Shown here in pieces: positions 27,501 through 41,647 of a stretch of 64,000 nt of DNA. This DNA is from Nitrososphaeraceae archaeon (GTDB taxonomy: Archaea > Thermoproteota > Nitrososphaeria > Nitrososphaerales > Nitrososphaeraceae). Both the position numbers and the translations under genes were made by a program. Every line of letters starts with the position of its first letter. Within the stretch, counting starts at the first letter, position 1. The notes beneath the pieces are model-generated. The model worked only from the letters and a program-made list of their open reading frames with translations, had not been told where the DNA came from and did no database searches. Location: assembly GCA_044870765.1 (NCBI GenBank), contig JBIOZG010000032.1:1-64000 (forward strand). The letters are read 5' to 3'.

Positions 27501-28181
27501 CTAAGAATTTCGAATAATAATTGTAGTGGTTATCATCGAAGTATTTGGCGCAAGTATAATTTCTCCGTCATCAGTTCTCAATCGACTGTATAGTAATCCA
27601 ATATCGTAAATTATGCCAGTATATCCAAATACAGTAACTTTCTCTCCTATTCTAAAAGGTCGTGTAATGGCCAAATAGAGTCCCGCGATTAGGTTTCCGA
27701 GCACACTTTGGCTTGCAAAGCCTATTACAATTGCGGTAATTGTCCCTATTGATGTGGCAATTAAAGGATCCTGGCTCAAATAAGAAATTATGATGGAAAT
27801 AACAATAATTGCACCAATTATCTTGATCAGAACTCGGATTGTCTCTGCACTGCTCTTCAACGCATCATATGAAAGCTTGTAAAATACATTTGCAAGTGAA
27901 TTTATTACAAAATATCCAATAACTGCAACGACTCCTACCTTCAAGAATGGGACATAGCGGTGCTCGAGAAATTGTTCTATCAAACTGCTTGCAATTATCA
28001 CAACTGCTACGGCAACAAACATTATTGTTATCGATTTAAAAAGAGATCTTTGTTTTTTTTCAGAACTATTACCACTATTAATTGTCTTTGTATCATTATT
28101 CGAACTACTGCTCGTACTATCCTTGACGTCATCAACACCATTATCCACGATATTGATTATACAGTACTGTCTATATTTCAA
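27501..28181 (-). CDS. Small-conductance mechanosensitive channel (MscS family, short form)
   Basis: IGFASQSVLGNLIAGL...PFRIGE.V....G...IGL....APN; the start is probably downstream of the ORF-track start. Confidence 0.88.
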   Translation of the reverse strand: MKYRQYCIINIVDNGVDDVKDSTSSSSNNDTKTINSGNSSEKKQRSLFKSITIMFVAVAVVIIASSLIEQFLEHRYVPFLKVGVVAVIGYFVINSLANVFYKLSYDALKSSAETIRVLIKIIGAIIVISIIISYLSQDPLIATSIGTITAIVIGFASQSVLGNLIAGLYLAITRPFRIGEKVTVFGYTGIIYDIGLLYSRLRTDDGEIILAPNTSMITTTIIIRNS

Positions 28182-28372
28182 ATTTTCATTAGACTGAGAC
28201 TGAGACTGGTAGACAATTCAGTTTAAAAAAATATTATTCATGATATAGGGGCAATCGAACTGCATAATTTGTTTGCAGATTTTGTTTGCTTCATGTAAAG
28301 TTTTCTTCATACACGCGAATTTGGATTTCTAAAGATTTAAAGAGATCGAGTCAGAATATACTCAAGATCTCT

Positions 28373-28705
28373 ATGGCAAAATGCGTAGATTGTGGCACAG
28401 AGCTTTCGCAAGATGCTAGATATTGCTCTAATTGTGGAACCCAAGTAGGACTTGGGAAAGATGTTTACGATGTATCGGCAGGTAGTCTTATCGGAAAAGT
28501 CAAAGAGATAATCCAAGATGCAAGAGTAAAGCGGATAGTTATCAAGGATGAAAAAGGTAATCTCCTCTTATCCATACCTATTACGTGGGGTACAGCTGGA
28601 GCCGTCGCAATGATAACACTAGCACCATGGCTCGCTGCACTTGGCGTAATTGCAGGTATTGTAACAAGGTGCAAGATTGAAGTTGAGAAATCTAAAGAGA
28701 GCTAG
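28373..28705 (+). CDS. Zinc-ribbon + DUF4342-like protein
   Basis: CVDCG...YCSNCG followed by LIGKVKEII...RIVIKDEKG.LL.IP...G; the ATG at 28373 is in frame with the track ORF. Confidence 0.8.
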   Translation: MAKCVDCGTELSQDARYCSNCGTQVGLGKDVYDVSAGSLIGKVKEIIQDARVKRIVIKDEKGNLLLSIPITWGTAGAVAMITLAPWLAALGVIAGIVTRCKIEVEKSKES

Positions 28706-28878
28706 AACGGAGCTGCTTTCCAAATTATGAGATCTGAAGTTAAACTGAAAAGTAAAGAATGAATCAGTGTCTATTTTCTGCTGAATTATTTTATATATCA
28801 CTTATCTAGAACGTTACTCTAAAAGAGATGCTTGAAGGCATCAAATATATGTGCTAGTTAATAATTAGGTTATATCCG

Positions 28879-29196
28879 GTGAAATTCAATATGTATTATG
28901 ATAAGAGGATTGTATGGTCAGTACTGCTCTTTCTACTTCTAGTAGTATCCACACAAACGATTGTTATGCTGCCGACTGCGATGTATCAAACTGGAACCAA
29001 TGAATGTGTGCAGTACGAACAAAAGCAAAAGTTAACTCATATCTTCTGCAAATCCATTCACTTCACGGACATCTACAGGCAGATAAACAATAATAGCATA
29101 CTACATACGGAAAGTGATAGTGATGTAAACCAGAGTACTTCAAGTGGCAGAGGTAAATCTATGGCATCATTGTTAATTGATAGATACAATCAATGA
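28879..29196 (+). pseudogene. Truncated N-terminal fragment of an exported protein (possibly NosD/beta-helix type)
   Basis: Signal peptide, then C..Y....LTHIFCKSIHFTDIY..INNNSIL, which I recall as the N-terminus of long thaumarchaeal beta-helix proteins; the ORF ends after 105 aa. Family call is from memory. Confidence 0.4.
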
Positions 29197-29386
29197 TTGC
29201 TTTACCCAGTTCTTACTCTAATCTAGCCTGGCATTGGCTAAAGAGGGTTCATATGCTGTGATTTTTCATTAATAGTCAACAATCTACAATTATATCGAGA
29301 AATTCATGTATACTTGGATTAGAACCCTGAATGTCTGAGAATGTATTTATTACGGAGATTAGATTTGGAATTAAGAATCTCCAATT

Positions 29387-29638
29387 TTGTCTTCTGAGAA
29401 AAAGGATATTAAAATTACGAATCATGTATATCAGCCTAAACACGAAATTTTGTCAAAGAAAGAAGCCGAAGAAGTGTTAAAAAAGTATAATACAAAACCT
29501 AGCCAGCTCCCATACATATTAATTAACGACAAGGGATTAGAGGATCTAGATGTGAGACCCGGAGATATTATTAAAATAACTAGAACGTCATTTACCGCCG
29601 GCGAAAGTGTTTATTATAGATACGTAGTAGAGGATTGA
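29387..29638 (+). CDS. rpoH: DNA-directed RNA polymerase subunit H (Rpo5)
   Basis: HVYQPKHEIL, QLPYI, PGDIIKITR.S.TAG...YYRYV. Confidence 0.97.
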   Translation: MSSEKKDIKITNHVYQPKHEILSKKEAEEVLKKYNTKPSQLPYILINDKGLEDLDVRPGDIIKITRTSFTAGESVYYRYVVED

Positions 29639-29641
29639 GCC

Positions 29642-32600
29642 TTGTCGCAAAATACACTTGATATGTGGGCAATTATCCACAATATTTTACAAAAGGAAGG
29701 CGTCGCAAGACAACATCTGAATTCCTATGGCGAATTTATTGAACGCGGTTTACAAAGTATTATCGATGAAGTCGGTGAAATAGAAATTGAGACGGCTGAA
29801 TATCCGTACAAGATTAGACTGGGCAAGATAAAGTTACAACAACCAAGAATCATGGAATTGGATGGATCGGTGACACACGTTGCTCCCGTCGAAGCTAGAC
29901 TGCGCAATTTAACTTATGGATCCCCCATTATGCTTGAATGCAGCATTGTAGAAGATGAAAAAATCTTAGAGTCAAGATTTATCCATATTGGAGATATTCC
30001 AGTTATGGTAAAGTCAAACGCCTGTATTCTACACAATCTGCCTGATACCAAGCTTATTGAGCTTGGCGAAGATCCAAAAGATCCTGGCGGCTACTTTGTG
30101 ATTAATGGTTCGGAACGAGTTATCATTGGCCTGGAAGACTTGTCTTACAACAAGATAATCGTCGATACGGAGGAAGCGACCGGTAGTCTTGTTTACAAGG
30201 CCAAGGTTTATTCTTCAATAGTTGGATACCGTGCAAAATTAGAATTAATTATGAGACCCGATGGTTCTATTGTTGCTAAAATACCTGGATCACCTGTTGA
30301 TATTCCACTTATTACATTAATTCGGGCTCTGGGACTTGAATCAGACAAAGATATCGCTGATGGTGTATCGCTGAATTCAATCATACAGGATGAATTAGAA
30401 CCATCATTTGAAAAAGCAGGAGAAATTATAACAAGTAGAGATGCTATAGTATACATTAGCAAAAGAATTGCTCCCGGAATGCTGGAAGAATTTCAGATAA
30501 AACGAGCAGAAACATTACTTGATTGGGGATTGCTACCACACCTTGGAAAGAATCCTGAAAATAGGAACGAAAAGGCTCTCTTTTTGGGAGAAGCAACATG
30601 CAAACTAGTTGAGCTTCGGCTTGGCCTTGTTGCGTCTGATGATAAAGACCATTATGGAAATAAAGTCATAAAATTCGCAGGTCAAATGTTGGCAGATCTT
30701 TTCCGAACAGCATTTAGAAATCTTGTGAGAGATATGAAATATCAACTGGAAAGATCCGGTCAAAAGAGAGGAATAAATGCAGTTGCAGCAGCAGTAAGAC
30801 CCGGAATAATATCAGACAAGCTAAATAATGCCATTGCTACCGGAAATTGGGGAAGGGGCAGAGTTGGTGTTACCCAGCTATTAGACAGAACAAATTACAT
30901 TTCAACTATTAGTCATCTTCGCAGAATCCAATCACCTTTGAGCAGGAGTCAACCCAATTTTGAAGCCAGAGACCTTCACTCTACTCACTTTGGTAGGATA
31001 TGTCCAGCAGAAACACCTGAAGGATCAAATTGTGGACTTGTAAAAAACATCGCGTTATCTTCTATAATATCAGTAAGTGTATCTGTTTCAGAGATAATTG
31101 AAAAACTATATGAATTGGGAGCCCATCCGGTTGAAGAGGCTTCTGACGCTTTAAGAAAAAGTGGAACCAGAATATTTGTTGACGGGCGCCTGATTGGTTA
31201 CTATGACAATGGCCAACACCTTACAGATACACTGAGAAGTCTAAGGAGGTCTGGAAAAATACATGCACACGTTGGAATTTACTATTATTCAAACGATAAC
31301 GAAAATGCAACCAAACGCCTCTATGTAAGCTGCAATTCTGGCAGAATACTCAGGCCGCTTGCAATAGTAAAAGAAGGCACGCCAGTCATAACACTAGATG
31401 TTCTTGACCTAATAAAGAGGAATATGAAATCGTGGTCAGACCTGTTATGGATGGGCATGATAGAACTATTAGATGCAAATGAAGAGGAAAATTGCTACGT
31501 TGCAATGGACTATGCAAGTCTAGAGCAAAATCATACTCATCTTGAGATATATCCTCCCTCAATACTTGGTGTTGGAGCATCAATAATTCCATATCCAGAG
31601 CACAATCAATCTCCTAGAAATACTTATGAAAGTGCAATGGCAAAACAGAGTCTGGGATTTTCAACTCCCTTGATGAATGCAAGTACGTATGTGAGACAAC
31701 ACTTTATGTTATATCCGCAAATACCCGTAGTCACAACTAAAGCAATAAACCTGCTCGGACTAGAAGACCGTCCAACGGGACAAAATTGTATAGTCGCAGT
31801 ATTACCATTTGAAGGATATAACATCGAAGACGCAGTAGTCTTCAACAAGTCATCCGTTGACAGGGGTCTTGGCAGAACTTTCTTTTACAGAGTATATGAG
31901 GCAGAAGCAAAACAATATCCTGGAGGGATGAAAGACAAGTTTGAAATTCCCTCATCTGATGCAAATATCAGGGGATACCGAGGTGAAAAATCTTATCGAT
32001 TACTTGAAGATGACGGTGCTATTATGCATGAATCAATAGTAAATGGAGGAGACATACTCATCGGCCGTACTTCTCCACCAAGGTTCATGGAAGAGTACAA
32101 AGAGTTTGAGGTAAAAGGTCCCTACAGAAGGGACACTTCAATTGGAGTCAGACCTTCTGAGAACGGAGTTGTAGATTCAGTTGTAATGACTCAATCAGTA
32201 GATGGAGGAAAAATGTACAAGATTAGAGTTAGGGACATGCGAATACCCGAAATAGGAGACAAATTTGCTTCAAGACACGGACAAAAAGGAGTTATAGGTA
32301 TGCTGGTTCCACAGGAAGATCTTCCATACACAGAAGATGGTGTAGTCCCAGACGTTATGATTAACCCACACGCTTTTCCATCAAGAATGACTGTAGGTCA
32401 GTTCATGGAATCACTGGCAGGTAAATCTTCTGCCCTACGTGGAAAAGTAGTCGATGGTTCGGCATTTGTCGGAGAAAAGGTCAATGATCTAAAAGAAATA
32501 TTGGAAAAATATGGCTTCAAATCAACCGGAAAGGAAGTCATGTATGACGGACGTACTGGCAGGAAATTTAATGCAGAAGTTTACGTCGGTGTAGTATACT

Positions 32601-32992
32601 ACCAAAAACTTCACCACATGGTTGCCGACAAGATTCACAGTAGAGCTAGGGGACAGGTTCAAATGCTTACAAAGCAACCAACGGAGGGTCGTGCCAGAGG
32701 TGGTGGTCTTAGATTTGGTGAAATGGAACGTGACTGTTTGATAGCCTATGGTGCTTCTATGATGCTAAAAGACAGACTATTAGAAGAATCTGATAAAGCA
32801 GAAGTCAACATTTGCGAGCGCTGCGGTTTGCTTGCGTATTATGATATCAAACAAAGGAGGTATGTGTGCCGGGTCTGCGGAGATAGAGCTAAAATTTCAT
32901 CAGTGGCAATTGCCTACGCATTTAAACTGTTGTTGCAGGAAATGATTAGCCTTAACGTAGCTCCAAGACTGATTCCAAAGGAGAAGGTGTAA
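29642..32992 (+). CDS. rpoB: DNA-directed RNA polymerase subunit B (Rpo2, unsplit)
   Basis: GGYFVINGSERV, ETPEGSNCGL, GDKFASRHGQKG, GGLRFGEMERD; C-terminal Zn finger. Confidence 0.99.
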   Translation: MSQNTLDMWAIIHNILQKEGVARQHLNSYGEFIERGLQSIIDEVGEIEIETAEYPYKIRLGKIKLQQPRIMELDGSVTHVAPVEARLRNLTYGSPIMLECSIVEDEKILESRFIHIGDIPVMVKSNACILHNLPDTKLIELGEDPKDPGGYFVINGSERVIIGLEDLSYNKIIVDTEEATGSLVYKAKVYSSIVGYRAKLELIMRPDGSIVAKIPGSPVDIPLITLIRALGLESDKDIADGVSLNSIIQDELEPSFEKAGEIITSRDAIVYISKRIAPGMLEEFQIKRAETLLDWGLLPHLGKNPENRNEKALFLGEATCKLVELRLGLVASDDKDHYGNKVIKFAGQMLADLFRTAFRNLVRDMKYQLERSGQKRGINAVAAAVRPGIISDKLNNAIATGNWGRGRVGVTQLLDRTNYISTISHLRRIQSPLSRSQPNFEARDLHSTHFGRICPAETPEGSNCGLVKNIALSSIISVSVSVSEIIEKLYELGAHPVEEASDALRKSGTRIFVDGRLIGYYDNGQHLTDTLRSLRRSGKIHAHVGIYYYSNDNENATKRLYVSCNSGRILRPLAIVKEGTPVITLDVLDLIKRNMKSWSDLLWMGMIELLDANEEENCYVAMDYASLEQNHTHLEIYPPSILGVGASIIPYPEHNQSPRNTYESAMAKQSLGFSTPLMNASTYVRQHFMLYPQIPVVTTKAINLLGLEDRPTGQNCIVAVLPFEGYNIEDAVVFNKSSVDRGLGRTFFYRVYEAEAKQYPGGMKDKFEIPSSDANIRGYRGEKSYRLLEDDGAIMHESIVNGGDILIGRTSPPRFMEEYKEFEVKGPYRRDTSIGVRPSENGVVDSVVMTQSVDGGKMYKIRVRDMRIPEIGDKFASRHGQKGVIGMLVPQEDLPYTEDGVVPDVMINPHAFPSRMTVGQFMESLAGKSSALRGKVVDGSAFVGEKVNDLKEILEKYGFKSTGKEVMYDGRTGRKFNAEVYVGVVYYQKLHHMVADKIHSRARGQVQMLTKQPTEGRARGGGLRFGEMERDCLIAYGASMMLKDRLLEESDKAEVNICERCGLLAYYDIKQRRYVCRVCGDRAKISSVAIAYAFKLLLQEMISLNVAPRLIPKEKV

Positions 32993-32997
32993 TAGTT

Positions 32998-36822
<3,825 letters not shown>

Positions 36823-37245
36823 AGAAGCAATCACTTCTAATAAATGTAAAATAGGAACCAGACAAGTTATGGGTTCAATCAAGGGTTCAAAACTTATAGT
36901 TCTTTCAAACTCATTGATGCCAAAAAATAAGTCAAAAATCTTGGAAGAAGCAAAATCCGCGCAGGTACCAACGTTACACTTTGATGGTAATTCAGTCCAA
37001 TTGGGCAGATTATGTAACAAGCCATTTAGAATTAGTGCGGTCTCTCTCAAAATCGGCAAAGAAAATGAAATTCAAGAGATATTAAACGAATTTGGAAAAA
37101 AGTAAGTGATATAAGTGAATGCGTATTATTATGTGAAAAAATTTTTGGGATTTTTTCGATTTAAATAATAATAATGACTATAAAATGCCTAATCAATTTT
37201 TAAAACTAGTGAAAAAAAATTTGATATTAGAGGTTCAGATGTAGA

Positions 37246-37707
37246 TTGACAGAAAAAATCAAATTAACATCAGGCGAGCTGCGATTGATGTCTTTATTTC
37301 AAAATATAACAGGAGCAATAGCACGTGATTGTATTGTGGATGAGAAAATGGACCGGGTAATCTTTGTTGTAAATAAAGGACAGATGGGTTTGGCAATTGG
37401 AAAAGGAGGCGCTACAATAAGACAACTTCAAGGTATTGTAACAAAGAAAGTTGAATTAGTCGAATATTCTGAAGATCCTTCGGCGTTTTTGGGCAATGTC
37501 CTCAATTCAGATATGATAAATGAGATAAAGATTAATAATAGATTCGATGGTTCAAGACAAGCAGTTGTGGTAGTGGATTCAAAAAAGAAAGGCATAGTAG
37601 TGGGAAAAGAGGGACGTAATGCGGAGAAGGCAAGAATTTTGGCAAAAAGATACTTTCAGATATCAAACGTCATGATAGTGAGTGAAGATCATGCCCAGAA
37701 TAATTGA
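37246..37707 (+). CDS. nusA: Archaeal NusA (KH domains)
   Basis: MGLAIGKGG and VGKEGRN GxxG loops. Confidence 0.95.
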   Translation: MTEKIKLTSGELRLMSLFQNITGAIARDCIVDEKMDRVIFVVNKGQMGLAIGKGGATIRQLQGIVTKKVELVEYSEDPSAFLGNVLNSDMINEIKINNRFDGSRQAVVVVDSKKKGIVVGKEGRNAEKARILAKRYFQISNVMIVSEDHAQNN

Positions 37708-37720
37708 GGTTATATTTTAA

Positions 37721-38158
37721 ATGGCAAAGTCACCTTTAGGATTATTTTCAGGACGAGTTTTAAAAGCAAAGAGAAAAAGAATGAGATGGTCAAACAAGTA
37801 CTACAAGAGGCGCATGTTGATGCTTGACAAGAAGGCAAACCCGTTGGAGGGTGCTCCGCAGGCAAGAGCTATAGTGCTTGAAAAAGTCGGAATTGAATCA
37901 AAGCAGCCCAACTCTGCTGTTAGGAAATGTGTGCGAGTCCAGTTAATTAAAAATGGCAAGTCTATTACAGCATTCCTTCCAAGGGACGGTGCTCTTAATT
38001 ACATCGATGAACACGATGAAGTTATGCTTGAAGGAATTGGAGGTTCAATGGGAGGTGCAATGGGTGATATTCCAGGTGTTAGATGGCAGGTGTTCAAGGT
38101 TAACGGTGTATCGCTAATAGAATTGGTTTATGGGCGAAAGGAAAAACCCAGGAGATGA
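37721..38158 (+). CDS. rps12: 30S ribosomal protein S12 (uS12)
   Basis: [22 protein letters not shown]. Confidence 0.98.
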   Translation: MAKSPLGLFSGRVLKAKRKRMRWSNKYYKRRMLMLDKKANPLEGAPQARAIVLEKVGIESKQPNSAVRKCVRVQLIKNGKSITAFLPRDGALNYIDEHDEVMLEGIGGSMGGAMGDIPGVRWQVFKVNGVSLIELVYGRKEKPRR

Positions 38159-38163
38159 TATGA

Positions 38164-38766
38164 ATGGTTACGAAAGAAACTGTAATGTTGTTGTTCAACA
38201 AATGGAACACGGCTGATATCGATATTCAGGATTCAGGTTTAAAAAATGTAATAGCACTAGACGCTGCAATTATTCCAATTAGCTTTGGAAGACATGAACA
38301 TCAGAGACTGAAGAAGGCTGAAGTTCATATCATTGAGAGATTGGTAAACAAATTAATGCACTTTGGTAAAAAGTACGCGAAAAATACCGGTAGAATGGGT
38401 GGTAAAAAGGGCAGAATGATAAAAACTGTGAAAACGGCACTTGATTTAATTTACCATGAAACAGGCAAGAACCCAGTTGAGCTGCTTATAAGGGCAATTG
38501 AGAATGCAGCACCCAATGAAGACACCACAAGGATAGTTTACGGTGGTGTTGTATATCATGTGTCAGTTGATGTCGCACCGTTAAGGCGCATTGACTTGGC
38601 ACTCCGATTTATAGCAGAAGGAGTGAGAGAATCTACATACTCCAACCCAAAAACTATTGAAGAGGCCCTTGCAAAAGAGATAATTTTGGCATCAAATAAC
38701 TCAATGGAGAGTCATTCTGTAAAGAAAAAGAACGAACAAGAAAGAATTGCCATGTCTTCAAGGTAG
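38164..38766 (+). CDS. rps7: 30S ribosomal protein S7 (uS7)
   Basis: IERLVNKLM, AIENAAP, SVDVAPLRRIDLALR, ERIAMSSR. Confidence 0.97.
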   Translation: MVTKETVMLLFNKWNTADIDIQDSGLKNVIALDAAIIPISFGRHEHQRLKKAEVHIIERLVNKLMHFGKKYAKNTGRMGGKKGRMIKTVKTALDLIYHETGKNPVELLIRAIENAAPNEDTTRIVYGGVVYHVSVDVAPLRRIDLALRFIAEGVRESTYSNPKTIEEALAKEIILASNNSMESHSVKKKNEQERIAMSSR

Positions 38767-38869
38767 CATAGTTGCTAACACTTTTCTAACTCTTTTTGAC
38801 CTCTAAATTTCTATGAGAAATTTTAATCTGAAAGTTAAATAACGACGGAATATTCTGAAAGAATTGTAA

Positions 38870-40006
38870 ATGAGTGCCAAAGAAAGTAAAATTTTTTCAA
38901 AGGTTTCGTTATGGAGTACTCGCTCAGGTAAGCGAATAATAAAGCAAGTACTTTTACAGGAAAAGGGGTATAAACAATACCATAAATACAAATTAGAGTC
39001 TGAAAAAGAATTTTCGGAATTCACCAAGCGATTTTTGCTATCTTTGCATGAAAAACTGATTTCAGATACAAATCCAAAAGCAACGATGAAAAAATTTGTT
39101 GATGAGACAGAAGCAAACGAATTGTCTTTGGACGATTCAAAAATTGAAGCGGTTCGTGAAAGGCTATCTAAGCCTGACTTGTTGGCAGACAGGGTTCAAA
39201 GAATATTGAATTCTAACTTTGTTAAAATGACTTATCCTGTTCTAACAGCTCTTATGGACAGTGCCACTGATTTCAACAAGGAGACAATTTCAAAAGAGAT
39301 AAGAAACTCAATAATTGATGGCCATGTTATAGCTATAGATCTGAGTGAACCTATGGACAGAATAACGGACGCGGACGAAGATATCGAATTTCTTGATGAT
39401 TACAAGCTAATGAATCCTTATATTTTGGAAATAGCAAGGCAAAAAATCGCTGTTGGAGGAGATGCCGTACTGAAGGCATTTGAAGATGGATTTAAAGACG
39501 CAAGAATAGGTCAATATATTGATGCTAGATTGAAATTAAAACCCGAGTCAATAAGCGATGAGAACATGATTGGCTGCTACAAGAAATATCGGGCTGTCAT
39601 GGGAACGGCAGGCCGAAATATGGCCCTAAATCTTCCTCCTCTTAATGATATCTTTCATTTAGGTATGGCAAAAGCAGCAGAGTGTGTTGGGTGCGGTAAC
39701 GAAATGGAAGACGCAATAGTAAATGGAGGGATAAAGATTCCATCATGGCCATTATACTATGCAATAGTCACAAAAAACGTCGAAAAAGCATTTGAATTAA
39801 CACTGGATAAAAGTGAAATCTATCTGGAAGAAGCTAAAATTGCGCTGGATATGTTACCCGACGAACTCAATATAAAACCCTTTTTGAAATTCTTGTTCTT
39901 GACAGTAAGTCATTATAATCAGTACTGGTTTAATGAAATGAAACGCAGAGACTTGTTTCCTTACTTTCAGAAAAATCTATCAATAACTATTAAAAATTCT
40001 AAATGA
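38870..40006 (+). CDS. Hypothetical protein, probable divergent isoprenoid-synthase (trans-prenyltransferase) fold
   Basis: The 378-aa ORF is clear. The fold call rests on ordered degenerate motifs (MDRITD, GQYID, NEMED, KIPSWPLYYA); see findings. Confidence 0.6.
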   Translation: MSAKESKIFSKVSLWSTRSGKRIIKQVLLQEKGYKQYHKYKLESEKEFSEFTKRFLLSLHEKLISDTNPKATMKKFVDETEANELSLDDSKIEAVRERLSKPDLLADRVQRILNSNFVKMTYPVLTALMDSATDFNKETISKEIRNSIIDGHVIAIDLSEPMDRITDADEDIEFLDDYKLMNPYILEIARQKIAVGGDAVLKAFEDGFKDARIGQYIDARLKLKPESISDENMIGCYKKYRAVMGTAGRNMALNLPPLNDIFHLGMAKAAECVGCGNEMEDAIVNGGIKIPSWPLYYAIVTKNVEKAFELTLDKSEIYLEEAKIALDMLPDELNIKPFLKFLFLTVSHYNQYWFNEMKRRDLFPYFQKNLSITIKNSK

Positions 40007-40032
40007 CAATCAAATAATTCAAGTGCTGGATT

Positions 40033-41250
40033 TTGATACATCCCAAGTTATCAGATTTTATCGGAAATGAAAATTCCCGTAAGAAAGTAGTAGAATGGCT
40101 CTCAAAATGGTCAAATGGATCAAAACCTCTACTACTAGTAGGACCTCCAGGTGTTGGTAAAACATCATTTGTTCATGCATTATGCCGAGAATCTGACATT
40201 GATCTTGTTGAACTGAATGCAAGTGATACTCGTAATAAGAACATGCTTGCCCAGATCTTGTATCCAATATTTTCCAATGTCAGCCTTACTGGAAAAAACT
40301 TTCTTCTCTTTCTCGATGAGATGGATGGGATTTCAAACCGGGAAGATTCTGGCGGATTAGATTTTTTAATAGATCTATTCGCTGAACCATCGATAAGAGT
40401 AATAATGGCTGCTAACAAATCCACTGAAGCAATCAAAAAAATTTCAAAAGTTTCAAAAACAATCAATTTCTCACCGATTCCTCCTAGGCTCTCGATGCTC
40501 TACTTGGACAAAGTTCTTAGAAATCGAAATTCTTCGATGGATGCCAAAGATAGAATTACAGTAGTTCGAAACTCTTTGGGCGATATAAGATCGCTTTTAA
40601 ATTCTGCACAGGTAATGATTGCAGGATATTCGACAGTTAAAAATCCCTCAAAGGAAATTGATGTAGAAGCCATGATAAACCAATTCTTCACATCGCCTAC
40701 TTTTGATGAGGCACTTGCCATTATTAACAAAGCTGATATATCGTATACAGATCCCAGATTTGGGCAATCTTCTGAAGATCGACGCAAAGACATTCTTGGA
40801 GCATTTTTCTCTAGCATAGTCATGTCAAAGATTGATATCTCTACTATCGCCGTCCTGTTAGACAGATTATCAGAATTAGATGTAATTCTCAGCAGATCTC
40901 TGGTCTTGAGAAACTGGAAGATCATGAGATATTTCTCATCAATATTAGCCAAGTCATTATTTCATGAATCGCGTAACAAGTATATCCGATACAATAGGTA
41001 TAGCATAGGGTTTGAAAACATGCGCATTTTTTCGAGGGCACAAGGCTTGAAAAAAACGCTTAGAATCCTTGCACAATATTTTCACACATCAAGGAGTAAT
41101 TTTGGCTCTCAGTACTTTGAACCGCTAATGCAGATCTTGGCTCGAACGGATAGATATGAAGATTTGATTCGTAGTACCATTACCTCAGAAAAAGAAGCTG
41201 ATGTCCTGGTTAGGGAAGTTTCCAGAGTTGAGAATTTACGAGGCAGTTAA
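40033..41250 (+). CDS. rfcL: Replication factor C large subunit
   Basis: GPPGVGKT, VELNASDTR, LDEMDG, GDIRSLLN. Confidence 0.88.
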   Translation: MIHPKLSDFIGNENSRKKVVEWLSKWSNGSKPLLLVGPPGVGKTSFVHALCRESDIDLVELNASDTRNKNMLAQILYPIFSNVSLTGKNFLLFLDEMDGISNREDSGGLDFLIDLFAEPSIRVIMAANKSTEAIKKISKVSKTINFSPIPPRLSMLYLDKVLRNRNSSMDAKDRITVVRNSLGDIRSLLNSAQVMIAGYSTVKNPSKEIDVEAMINQFFTSPTFDEALAIINKADISYTDPRFGQSSEDRRKDILGAFFSSIVMSKIDISTIAVLLDRLSELDVILSRSLVLRNWKIMRYFSSILAKSLFHESRNKYIRYNRYSIGFENMRIFSRAQGLKKTLRILAQYFHTSRSNFGSQYFEPLMQILARTDRYEDLIRSTITSEKEADVLVREVSRVENLRGS

Positions 41251-41323
41251 GGCGAAATAAAAATAGAAAATAGAAAGAGACAATAGAAAAATATTAAACT
41301 CTCGGAAATTGTAGTATTTTTGT

Positions 41324-41536
41324 ATGTCCAGTGAATATGAACAGAATGTTGGCAAGCTTCTTTCGGAAAAGATTGAAAAATTCGAATCAATGAAAAATGA
41401 TGCCAATGTTCCAAAGATTGAGCTCGAGTCACTGCGATCTGAAATAGAATCGCTTGAATCATTGTACGACAATTATAATATGGGCATGAACTACTTCCGA
41501 CGAGCAAAGGGTGGAAGGTCAGGTTTAAGGGAATAA
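41324..41536 (+). CDS. Small coiled-coil hypothetical protein
   Basis: 70-aa charged ORF filling the rfcL-carboxylase gap on the local coding strand. Confidence 0.6.
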   Translation: MSSEYEQNVGKLLSEKIEKFESMKNDANVPKIELESLRSEIESLESLYDNYNMGMNYFRRAKGGRSGLRE

Positions 41537-41647
41537 AATCTCCTTTCATGGTCATGTAATCAAAGAACAAGCCAATAAAAAGTCATAGCACGTGTGTTCG
41601 GTTGAGAAGTTTCTAGTTTTAGCTATAATGAATTTATATGCGAATAT

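Noticed and set aside
38766-38870. Absence of an EF-2 gene after rps12-rps7
   Set aside because: Break-up of the str cluster is common in archaea and is not informative without the rest of the genome.
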